This document shows positions 1-11,469 of a stretch of DNA of 64,000 nucleotides, piece after piece. The notes under the pieces were generated by a model. That model was not told where the DNA came from, ran no database searches, and saw only the letters and a program-made list of their open reading frames with translations. Both the position numbers and the translations under genes were made by a program. The stretch's first letter is position 1, and each line of letters opens with the position of its first letter. Source of the DNA: Octopus sinensis (lineage: Eukaryota); assembly GCF_006345805.1 (NCBI RefSeq), contig NC_043017.1:14818001-14882000 (forward strand), given 5' to 3'.

Positions 1-639
1 CCGGATTGTCTTGCGTTGTCAGTTCCGTCTCTCGACGCTTGGAATTCAGGTTCCATAGGGATTAACATAGCAGTTCATTCTTCTGAGTGCAGCAAATTAA
101 ATACCAAATACTGGGAATCATAAATCATTGTCTGTCTGCTTGACAGGATGAGACAGGAGAGGAGCAGGGGTAAAACTGACATGTTACTTAAACCGTCATA
201 TGTATAAAAAGCGAGAAGCTTATGAGTAGTCGTTCCCATTGCTAGAAAGAGCTGTCAAATCAAATTTCAAACAATAACGCCTTACCGTTGACTAATATAG
301 ATTTTTATTTATTAGAAAGATGGGATGGTCACGACTGGGAAACTTTAAGCACAGAACTGCTACACCAGGATCTATCGAGGCTAAAGGACAGCAAAATGTC
401 TCTACGTGGTCACTCATCTTGCTAAAAATAGAACCTAAATCTTCGCATTTCACACTGCCTTCTTACGTATGAAATTATCATCATCATGTGACACTTTGTC
501 AGAGATTACATTCTTCCTCTGCGATAGAGTGGCAATGGCTTTCTTGGAGTAAATGACTACTGTGTGTGATCTTTCACATCCTTTCTTCTCGCAAAGAAGA
601 AGAGGATTCTATTCTAGCACTCGTTCTTTATTTTATGGA

Positions 640-1060
640 TCTCTGAAGGATAAAGGTAAAGTTGACCTTAACATCATTTGAACTCAGAACGCAAATTACC
701 GGAACAATTACTTCAAGTAATTTGCCCAACATTCTAATGAGTCTACCGACTACTAAAACTTCTTGTTTCGAAAGAAACATCATTGGTTGAGGTCTTCGTT
801 GTTTGGAGTGGCCATGGTTCTGCGCGAGAATGGCCAAGCCCAGGTAAGGTAGGGAGTTTTGTGGAAGATTAGCAGTTAGCCACTCGTGATAATCCACCAC
901 CGTCTCCAAACCAACGATGTTGTCGAAGGAAAAGGTCAATAACTTAAGACCTGTAAAGTCAGGACCAGTATGGTCTCAGATGTTGTTCTCAGAACTTTAA
1001 CAGTAAGGCCAAACTGGTAGCCTGTCCAACTACTGCAGATTCTGCGAATCCATCGACCCA
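640..1060 (-). pseudogene. Possible decayed DIRS-like (tyrosine-recombinase retrotransposon) RT relic
   Basis: Minus-strand frames give YQF..GL..KVL, GLKLLTFSFDNIV (cf. GIRLVIYLDDIL), W....L.P..SLPYLG (cf. WEKS.L.PTQSLEFLG) and LSKQEV...RMLGKL...PV (cf. LRKQSV..LAQLLGKL...PAV) in the DIRS RT order. The alignment needs several deletions; by-eye only. Confidence 0.35.
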
Positions 1061-1761
1061 GATTCATCTATTTTAAGCCCTAATTTCTGCTGAGGAAATA
1101 AACGGTAAAGTTACTACAAAAGGTTCTGAATAAATTCAACAGTTTAAATAACACTGCAAATGCCCCGGGGGCTGTCGCGGCCGTGTGAGATCGGTACCCT
1201 TCGAAAGCTACGCAGTTTTCAGTCATTGACACTGCCTTTCTTCTTCTGATTAAATAAAGAGGATGATCTGATTAAAAATCAAACGTAAAACAGAGTCTGT
1301 GTAACGTAGTAATCTGGTTTCTAACGGTTTCTCCAAATGACATTGCTTTCCTCCATTCACAAACTGAAGGCGAAAAACGTGGTGGCACCGCGGGTTGAAC
1401 GATTGTTTTGTTTTATCATTTTTGGTTTCTTGATGTAGGAGAAAGAGAACGACAGAGGAAGAGAGAAGAAATCAGTCAGATTGTTACTTTATCGGCCTCG
1501 AAGAGATAAAATGTAAAGAGAGCCTTGTTGGATTTGAAACTACAGCGTAGCGAACAGGAACAAATATCTGAAGGTTTTTCTACTCGATACTCTAACGACT
1601 CCTCGAATTCGTTGCAATTTCTTTTTCTTCTTTATTTAGAGGGATGTATTATTATCATAGTACTCCCTGATTGTTTAATAAAGACTGAATTGGGAGGAAG
1701 AAATCAATGACTATTTTATTGGTTGCAGTCATGCACGCGCACAATGTATTTATATAAAATT

Positions 1762-1870
1762 GGCACTTTGTCGGTTACGACGACGAGTGTTCCAGCTCGC
1801 TCGTGTAATTAACATGCATGTGGCTGGGGGCTTCACAAACATACTTTTAACTTAGTTCTCAGAGAGGACT
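1762..1870 (-). mobile_element. SINE 3' fragment (tail ...ctcgtcgtcgtaaccgac..gtgcca)
   Basis: Reverse complement resembles the 3' part of a cephalopod SINE family as I recall it. Confidence 0.5.
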
Positions 1871-2259
1871 CCAAAGTTACTGGACAGCACCAGGCTACAG
1901 ACTACTGTAGTTGGCTACTGTTCAGTAATATTGGAAAGAAACCAGAATTACCTGGTTCCAAAGTGAACGTCTTAACTCTATACCGATGCCTGCAGCTAGA
2001 AACATACAGTCTCGTTTTAATCATATGTGTGTGTGTGTGTGTTTCTATCTTTGGAACATGGCAACTATATTGAGCCTTCATATTTTTTAATGAAATTTAC
2101 TGCATGTGAGATCTTGACCCCACCCCCAAAACTCGTGAAGTTGGGTGCAAGAGAGGGATTTATCCTCAGACGTGATTGAAACCTGATCTAATGCTCGGTA
2201 CAAAGTGGACCTTGCTAAATGCGATGTTAAAACGAACGACGAGGTCTGTTACTCAACAA

Positions 2260-2395
2260 CACACCCGGTTTTTCTTCCTCTGTCGAGCTTCCACGTGGTC
2301 TCCGTCCACCAAATGTACCCGACAAGGTACTGGGTACTATAATTCTGTGGTCGATGACACTTGTTGCAGTGTCGTCGAGAGGGATTGAATCAAAA
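2260..2395 (-). mobile_element. Decayed SINE family 1 fragment
   Basis: gtctccgtccaccaaatgtacccgacaagg...gacacttg is a diverged match to the copies at 23373-23764 and 27430-27660. Confidence 0.55.
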
Positions 2396-3833
2396 ATTAA
2401 AAGGAAGACACATCTCGATGAAGTCTTATCTGCACATAAGTATAAATGGCCATGACTGGAAAAGCATTGAGACCGCACTCCCTAGCCAAATACTGAATAA
2501 CAAATACATGTTCACGCTGCAATTCGTAAGATATTCCATGAAACTGGAGAATGATTGAAAGATGCTTATGTAAAATAAAAGAACGAGAAGCCAGAATGAG
2601 AGAAATTATATTTTTCATTCCAAACACACCGAGGACAAAGACAAAGGAACTTAGACATAAATGCCAGAAACAATTGCAGAAGACACAGATACGCGCCTAT
2701 GTAACCTCTCGCATACACGTATTATTGGTGTCCTACCATATATTCCGCTTCATTGAATCTTTCAGATTGCAGGACTTTGAAGTCGTTGAAATGTGGATCC
2801 AATAGACACGTTGCTTCTCCGAAAGACTATTTCGCGAATTAGAGAAGAAATTTAAGATTCCTATACAAAAGGTTAGTTTGGTGAGAGCACAATGCCACGT
2901 TTCGCCCTGTAATAATTTCATAATTTCCCCCACCATCCTCGATTGTTTCTTTTTTAAATTTTATTCAGGGTAACAGACGAAGTTGGCACACGCACACACG
3001 TGCGCAAAACGATTTTGTGTGTGTCCCTAATGTGTGACTACCCAGTATTTGTGTTTCCTATGCTGAACATTCCATCAAACTGCTTGTCTTGGCCAAATTT
3101 ACCACAGCTTATATCGTTTTTATGGTCTAAAAATATCGATCAGTTTGTTTTGTTGGAGTTATTATCACCATTTCTTGTCTACACGTCCAGAGGGCGTTTC
3201 TGCCTTATAATAGCTTGACTAGTCTTAGTTCACCAAAATTTTTATTAGCCACATTACACATTTACAAATTTATACGCACACACAAATATACATCAGTTCA
3301 AAAATGCAACACGAAAAGCAAAAGAGCATTTATTGCAAACGGTTTAACATCCTGAGGAATAGAAACGTTTCTAAAGTGTTGTACGTAGACTTTCCTTCGG
3401 AAAAAAAAAACGCAAGAAAAGTAAGGGGAAAATCGATAGAAAAAACATCGAAAACAAAATATGAGTAGAATAACCTTAGCACCAATTTGGATACGTGTGA
3501 TTGACTAGAAATTAAGAAATTAGGACAACGGAAGGGCAGATGCGAGTTGACCGTTTCCTTTTGGGATGTATGCATGCACGTATATATCCTGGTGTCATAT
3601 TTTAACCTCTAAAAGCAAATTTAATGCAGATACCGTGGTGAAATGTTCTGGTTAAACGTATAAAAACACCACATCTGCACCGTTCTACCCTCTAGCGGAT
3701 TCGGATTCCGCTAGAAGCACTCGGCAGATATGGTGTTTTTTCACCGTGAGAGAATATTTTCTCTACAGTAACTCCAGGGAATTTGTCTCAAGAAGTAAAA
3801 ATATGTCACAAACATATTTTAACAAACCTAAAG

Positions 3834-3876
<43 letters not shown>

Positions 3877-3880
<4 letters not shown>

Positions 3881-4030
3881 AGAGTTTACGAAAAAAACAA
3901 CAAAAGACGAAGACAGGTGGTGTACAAAACAAACAGATGTATTAGTATAATGCTCAGGAATTGAAAAAAGTATTTTACTCTTCTACAGAAAGGGACACAG
4001 AAAAAAAAACAAGGAGAGAAAAAAAGGAGA
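3877..4030 (-). mobile_element. Penelope-type terminal repeat copy (hammerhead core deleted)
   Basis: Reverse complement of 28540-28670 (gacgaagacaggtggtgt...aaacaaacagatgtattagta...caggaattgaaaaa) with a 15-nt deletion at 3977/3978; embedded in (TA)n. Confidence 0.6.
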
Positions 4031-4032
4031 TA

Positions 4033-4049
4033 CTTATATATATATATAC

Positions 4050-4102
<53 letters not shown>

Positions 4103-4104
4103 AC

Positions 4105-4141
<37 letters not shown>

Positions 4142-4159
4142 CATATATATAATATACAT

Positions 4160-4190
<31 letters not shown>

Positions 4191-4764
4191 CATATATACA
4201 TATATATATATATATACATATATATAATATACATATACATATATATATATACATATAATATATATATATATACATATATATATATACATATATATATATA
4301 CATATATATACATATATATATATACATATATACATATATATATATACATATAATATATATACATATATATATATATACATAACATATATATATATACATA
4401 TATAATATATATATATATACATAATATATATATATATATTATATACATATATATTATACATATATATACATATACATATATACATATACATATATATATA
4501 ACATATACATATACATATACATATATATATATTATATATATATATATTATATATATACATATACATATACATATATATATATATATATATTATATATACA
4601 TATATATATACATATATATATATACATATATATATATACATATATATACATATACATATATACATATACATATATATACATATACATATATATATAATAT
4701 ATATATATACATATATATATATATTATATATATATACATATATATATATACTATATATATATAC

Positions 4765-4850
<86 letters not shown>

Positions 4851-4860
4851 TATATATAAT
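4033..4860. repeat. About 830-bp (TA)n/(TACA)n compound microsatellite
   Basis: Directly visible; source of the IYIY ORFs 3886-4806. Confidence 0.97.
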
Positions 4861-6489
4861 GTGCATGTGTGTGTGCGCGCGCGTGTATACGCGTTGATTT
4901 TGCGTGTTTATTGTTGTTGTTTGTTTTAAACCTGTCCGTGAGTGTATGTAAAATTAGAAAATTTCTGTATAAATGGATGTTTTGTGAATGTGTGCATTTA
5001 TGCGAGTGTGTGTTTTACTTGCGTGTGGTACTTCAGTGTGTGTGTGCGTGTGTATGTGTGTGTGTGCCTGTGTGTGGAGAGGAGTTTGTGTGTGTATTGA
5101 GTTTTTATGTATGTTTTTATCTTTCCTGTTTGTTTTGGAATGTGTGCGAGTGGAGGCGAATGATCTGGTTTGGAGGTGTGTTTACGGAGCGGAGTGTCAC
5201 GAAGATTGCCGAGAGTGAATTAAGAGAATATTGCGAAAAAGATGCAGGCTGTAGATGAATATAAATAATTCGTTTGAATTAGATATCTTTTAATCGATTC
5301 ATTATGAAACACACGGGTTAGATTACTTTATTTTAAGGTTATTCAAAATACCAAAGAGGAATCCGATTGAAACCAAATATTGAAGTTGATCATCCAGCAA
5401 TGGGGTGGTGTGGGGGGTTAGGTATAACGAAGAGGTGTTGGATGTTCGCACCTAACAGCATATCGCTTTTGGATTTTTGCTGGGAAGTGTGGCTGGCGTT
5501 AATAGCGGATCGTTAAGAGAACCAAGTGAAGGAAAAACAGTGCTACATCAATGGAATAGGGGAAATCTAACGTGTTAAGTAAAATAATGACACCACATCA
5601 GCTGAATATATAATTATATATATCGAGAATATATTCTCTAACATGTATTTATGTTCTTCATTAACAACACTTCTTTAGCAAGAAATTTATTGGGGTAACA
5701 TAGTAAAATTATATCGATTTTTCACCTCAAGACAGAAACACCCCAACTAATTAACGTAATTTAATTTAAATACTTTCCCTGCAATATAGATTGCTCAACA
5801 TTTATGCTGATGTATATTCCTCATCACTGTTCCGTTTCTACGAAGAGTTATAGAGTGAACTAAATTGGCGACGCCTGCTTTATAAACCCATCCAATTATA
5901 ATAGGAAATATTCCATTTCTTTTATATCATCCACGAGAGATCGATATCGAAATAACTCGACAAAGAAATATCTTACGTTCAGTAAACTATTTTAGATGTT
6001 ACAGCGAGTAACTTTGAATATTTCAGCAATTATACTTTCCCTGGATATCAAAGTTATTTGTAAGTTTGTCAAAGGAAAAAATCCACGACCATTAGCGATG
6101 AACGAGCGTACAAGAACACTGTCAGATGTGAGGAGTCGACATGGAACAAATATTACTGATTATTATAGAGAGAGTTTAAAGACGAAACACACAGCTCAAG
6201 TAACTCATTATTTTCTCGCTTGAAGAATTCAAAGAAAGCAGCAGATGGCAAATAATTTTATTTTCTTTAACTGGCAAAAAAAAAAAAATTGGACCAGATT
6301 AAAGAACACAACCATGCGGACATCATATATAAATATACATTTTTGAGTGTATATTTACACACCTCCATTGATACACACTCGATTGTATATGTACCCTGAC
6401 ATATGTATATGCGTATATGTATATATGTGCATGCACATACGTATAGATATGTACTCATACACACATACATATAGATATGTACTCTTACA

Positions 6490-6497
6490 CACACATA

Positions 6498-6552
<55 letters not shown>
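6490..6552. repeat. (TA)n microsatellite
   Basis: Directly visible. Confidence 0.95.
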
Positions 6553-6554
<2 letters not shown>

Positions 6555-7874
6555 CGTGAGAATAGTGACATATTTGATTATCGTTGAATATATGGAAATC
6601 CAATAACATTCCCCACGTGGTTGATTACCTTCAAAAAATTATGGCCATTCCTAAAGCAACTTTAAAAGTTCGGATAAAAGATATTTAATGTGGAGGGATG
6701 GGACACATTTTTGACCCTTTACAGGACCTCCAAGATTGGGAGAAAATAGTGGGAACGGTAGCCTTAAAATAGGGATCTAGCCCCCTCGTACGTCACTGCA
6801 ACAAATGGGGACTCTGGTAAAATCATCCAAAAGTCAGATCGTGGTGATGATGGTGAGGTTAAACTGTGTGACGGATTAATTCTACCAGCTAATATTAAAG
6901 ATTATGCAATCAGGATGTGTTAATCCCGTTTTATTGTTGAAGTGAGACAAATGTGGTTGTTGTTGTTAATTTGGTGTAAATTTGTGAAATTAGAGCAGCA
7001 GAAAACAAAATGCAAACAAGACTTTTACATAATTAAATCTGTTTCCAAACGAGATAACCAGACAGACAGACAGACAGATTAGTTTGTTTTATGGAAATTA
7101 AATGCAGAATCCTCTACAATGACTGACCATCGCTTAGAGGAAACATCCTTTATGACAATCTTTTTGTTGTTCCTATCCATACAATCCAAAGCTTCTATTT
7201 ATTTGTAGCGGGGTATTTTTATATGGATGAAGGGAAGTGAAATATTTCGTATTTGCATTTGACTTGCAAGATTCTTGATGTGAACTTGTGTATTGAAACA
7301 TACTTTGTCGTCGCAGGTAGGGTCATTGTACCAATAATAAACGGAAGTATTAGTTCTGTTTCACTTTCACTTATTCGCATTAGTCAATTGGTTAAACTTT
7401 TACCGAATTAACAAATCGGTTGTTTGATTAATCGTCCAGCCGATCAATCAGCTAAGTTTCTCAAAGTCCTTCCGTTGGCATTGGAGACCTCATCTGCTTT
7501 CGGTGGTAATTGAATTAAGTCAGAGCAGAAGTGGTAACCAGCTTTTTAAAACTAATTCATAGGAAATAATTTCAAATCTGGAATCAAATATCGATACACA
7601 GGCACAATATATTATTCGTCAGTAGGAAGGAGTTAGCACAGGAAACGATATAAAATGATATAAATCAATAAAAATAAGAAATAAAGAAAAACGACAGAAA
7701 TAGAATTTTTATTAAAGTTCTGTAGATTGACCTAAGAAGTGACCTTCTTAGGCAAAGTTGTATCAACAGATGGTTCTAGATTGAGAGGCAAAGAGATATT
7801 GCTCGTTATAAGCTGATGTATATGGTCTTCAGGTTGTTTCTTAATATGTATACATATATATTCAAACTCGAATG

Positions 7875-8160
7875 CACACTCACACACATAAATACATGAA
7901 TATATGCACATATTCACACACACACATACACACACCTGCACATATACTTTCAAATACACATACGTACGTACATACATACGTGCGTACGTACATACATACG
8001 TACGCACATACATACGTATGTACATACATACATACGTATGTGCATACACATACATACATACATACATACATACATACATACGTATGTACATACACATACA
8101 TACATACATACATACGTGTGTACATACACATACATACATACATACATACATACATACATA
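7875..8160. repeat. (CATA)n/(CA)n microsatellite
   Basis: Directly visible; ends at the TA preceding the decayed mariner TIR. Confidence 0.95.
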
Positions 8161-8868
8161 CGAGAGTGGGCTGAAAAATTCATAGGCAGACTATGAAAGA
8201 TGAAAGGTAGAGCTTTGAAATCTTGCATGCGTTAATTTCAGCACTTCTTATTAATAACTGTGTTGATTCATTTCAGAAAAACTGGCAACCGCCTGTTCAA
8301 AGAAGACTTCAAATGTAACTAGTAGCGACTTGCTTTCAAAATGGCCAAAATTTTGGCAACGTGGTGCTATCAAGTACCTGCAGAAAAACAGTTTGACATC
8401 TAAGTACATTCATGCTGGCACGGTTGGCATGATTGCTACGTTAGGAGCTGGTGCAGTTCAAGAGGGGGAAGGGAGAGTCTGCAAGATGACTTAAGGTTTG
8501 GTGATCCTCCAACTGCCACTACCTAGGAGAACATTCATCGTGATCACCATATGGTGATGGATGACAGACAATTGAAATCAAATAGCCAATGCTATTAGCA
8601 TACACCGTGGTAGAGTTGAGAATATTCTGCTCAATAAACTTGATATGACGAAGGTTTCTGCGCTGTGTGTGCCACGTCTTCGGACACCAGATCAAAATCG
8701 CACCAGGTTGATCACACCACGAGAAAATCTGACAATATTTGAGGCAGATCCAGCTGGTTGCTTAAAACGTTTCCTAACCTAGGATGAGTGTTGTGTTCAT
8801 CACTTGGAGCCAGAGACAAATAGACAATCCATGCACCGGAAACATCCATCCTCACCTACTCCAAGGCT
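8161..8868 (+). mobile_element. Decayed 5' half of a mariner transposon
   Basis: TA-cgagagtgggctgaaaaattcatagg TIR-like start. Broken translation from about 8340 includes RGAIKYLQK, FKRGRESLQDD, ENILLNKLDMTKVSALCVPRL.TPDQ, RFLT*DECCVHHLEPET..QSM..KHPSSPTP, colinear with the 11630-12684 transposase; it ends abruptly at about 8868. Confidence 0.85.
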
Positions 8869-9185
8869 TTTAGTTGTAGACCCTTCTTTAATTTGGGATG
8901 TCTGAGTTCGTGGATGTTGAGTTGTAGAGTACGTTGAAAGCATATATCAATTAGTGATGGTGGGTAGTTCCTGGTGATGAGCGTATCCTTTAACTCATGA
9001 AGTCGTGTGTCCCTGGTGATTGTATTAGAAACAATAGTACAATTCCTTTTTGCTAGGTTAAAAGGAATATTCATTCTAGTGTATCTGGGGCGGCAGGAGT
9101 GGAGTCCGTGGGCTTATAGTGTATATCGGTTTCTATTTCATTGTTAAATTTCTTAAAGAGGATGTCGAGGAAAGGAAGTCGTTCA
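8869..9185 (-). mobile_element. Penelope-like element RT C-terminal fragment
   Basis: Translation RLPFLDILFKKFNNEIETDIHYKPTDS...NIPFNLAKRNCTIVSN...RLHELKDTLITRNYPPSLID matches the LPFLD / YYKPT / IPF..A.R pattern of Penelope RT thumb and linker regions. Confidence 0.8.
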
Positions 9186-9212
9186 TGGCTATAAATTCTT
9201 ATATATATATAT

Positions 9213-9357
9213 ACGACGGGCTTCTTTCAGTTTCCCTCTACCAAATTCAGCCACAAAGCATTGATCTGCTTGGGGTATAGCACAAGACAGTTGCCCAAGA
9301 TGCCACGCAGCAGATAATCAATTTCATCGACCCGAGCACTTGACTGCCATTCCACCA
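9213..9357 (-). mobile_element. SINE family 1, 5' part
   Basis: acgacgggcttctttcagtttcc.tctaccaaat...gcccaagatgccacgcag is shared with the 23373-23764 copy. Confidence 0.75.
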
Positions 9358-9359
9358 CC

Positions 9360-9389
9360 TTAATAATAATAATAATAATAATAATAATG

Positions 9390-9431
<42 letters not shown>

Positions 9432-9435
9432 TAAC
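9360..9435. repeat. (AAT)n microsatellite
   Basis: Directly visible. Confidence 0.95.
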
Positions 9436-10449
9436 AATAAATACACATGACATTAGAAATTTCTTAACTAATATTCATGTTGGTTTCCTCTCAGATCGAA
9501 TATTTCTTTTTTGCTTTTTTTTTAGGACTCAGAATTTATTTTTATCAGCCATTTCATAATTAAAGCGATAATGCAAAGGTAGAGGGGAAAAACATTCCGC
9601 TGGCTTATCATTATTATACGGCAAAGAGACGAGGAAACAGTAAACAGGTAATTATGATTCTAAAACAACAAGAAAATAAAACGAATACAGAAGCTGGTAA
9701 AGGAATGACATCAAGTAAGGCAGAATAATTACATGGCTGGGAACAATGGTATTATTAGAGAAAGACATTTTATCTGCTAGTCCTTATCAAACCAACAAAA
9801 ACGATATTGATCTCTCGATAGATTTCATTAGGCAAACGAATTTTTTGCTTCTAATCTTTTTATTGAATAAAATCTTTATTAAAATTTCTAATCGAGAATT
9901 AAAAAAAAAATTCTAAATATATTTTCTTGCTTCGTTTATCGCTATGTGAGTCTTCACAGGATTATTTCATGGCGTTGATACATTTTAGACGTCAATATAA
10001 ATAATGAAGTGGGGAAACTGTTACAGAACCAAATCATATTCAATACCATAAAAAAAGTGAATGCGTGATTTAATTAGTTAAAACTATATATATATCCCGA
10101 TGGAAATAAATTACTATCGATACATATTTCGCGCGCGTGCATGTGTGTGTGTATAGAAAAAACAGATAAAGGTAGGCATAGTGAGTGTATCTGCATGGAA
10201 TGTATATAGACAGAAAAAGAATAATCTAATAGTTTCATCGTAACAGCTGTTTCGGATGAACTACGACTGATGCCGTAGCCATGTTCGTTATGTAATTAAA
10301 GTAAGGAATAATATGAATTTTTATGGATCCGTGAAGCGAAATCATGTTCTTCTGATCGGAAGATTCTTACTATATATACATCTACATACACACACACATA
10401 TATATATACATATATACATACACACACATATATATATATAGATATACAT

Positions 10450-10500
<51 letters not shown>

Positions 10501-10511
10501 TACACACACAC

Positions 10512-10563
<52 letters not shown>

Positions 10564-10714
10564 GTCCCCTTAACTTAGCAGTTCGGCAAAACAGAGCGAT
10601 AGAATAAGTACTAGGTTTACAAAGAATAAGTCCTGGGGTCGATTTCTTCCACTAAAGTCGGTACTCCAGCATGACCGTAGTCAAATGACTGAACAAGTGA
10701 AAGAAGATAAAGAA
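10564..10714 (+). mobile_element. SINE family 1, 3' half
   Basis: taacttagcagttcggcaaaa...aagtcctggggtcgat...ccagcatgaccgtagtcaaatgactgaac; reverse complement of 23373-23530. Confidence 0.8.
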
Positions 10715-10901
10715 TATATATATATACATATAAGTGTGAGGAAGAATAAATTCAAGTAGAACAATTCAAACTTTTTGAGGAGTCCAAAAAGAAGAAATAT
10801 TTCTAATAAATATTCGTCATATCCGAAAAGATAGCCTGCTATCAAAAAGATAGCATATCCAAAAAGATAGCCTGCAAGCAGTGAAAATATGAAAATACCA
10901 A

Positions 10902-11449
10902 AAAGTTCGTTATAGTCACGTGTAAGATAAAATAAAACACTATAAACGATAATAAAAATGGAGAAGAGATGTTAAAAGTTCAAAATAGAATTTAATATCC
11001 ACATACGACCGTTTCAAAGGGCAATACCAATATGTAAGAAAAACATTAATTATAATAATAAATGTTATGTATCACCATTTTCTTCAGTGTGGAAAACATT
11101 TAAGGAAAACATTTAAAAAAAACGTATTAGCGAAAAAATCTAGAAGCAAAACCAAATAGGGTAATACTGACTCTCTGACCGGAGAGTTGCAAATAACTTG
11201 TCCGTCTTACCCAATTTGCTTTTCATTCTAGATTCTTTTGTTAAAACGCTTTGTTGATGTTTTCCTTAAATTTTTCTAGAAAAGAATGGTGATACATAAC
11301 TTTAATTATGGATTGATGTTTTTCCTTGCATATAGGTATTGCCCTTTGAAACGGTAGTACGTGGATATTAAATTCTTTTAACATTATTTTATTATTGTTT
11401 ATAGTGCTTTATATCAGATTTTATCTTATACATGCCTATAACGAACTTT
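10902..11449. mobile_element. Palindromic fold-back / MITE-like element, about 550 bp
   Basis: Arms of about 260 and 240 bp. Perfect blocks: 11008-11028 vs 11335-11355 (21 bp) and 11064-11079 vs 11285-11300 (16 bp). Ends aaagttcgttatag / ctataacgaacttt; loop about 11165-11206. Confidence 0.8.
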
Positions 11450-11469
11450 ATATTATATATATATATATA

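Noticed and set aside
3886-4806. 306-aa and overlapping IYIY ORFs, plus similar HTHT/CVCV/LSLS/IIII ORFs throughout the track
   Set aside because: Stop-free translations of microsatellites; no coding evidence.
10240-10290. Minus-strand gaaacagctgtt palindromic stem III
   Set aside because: No CUGANGA core or stem II upstream.
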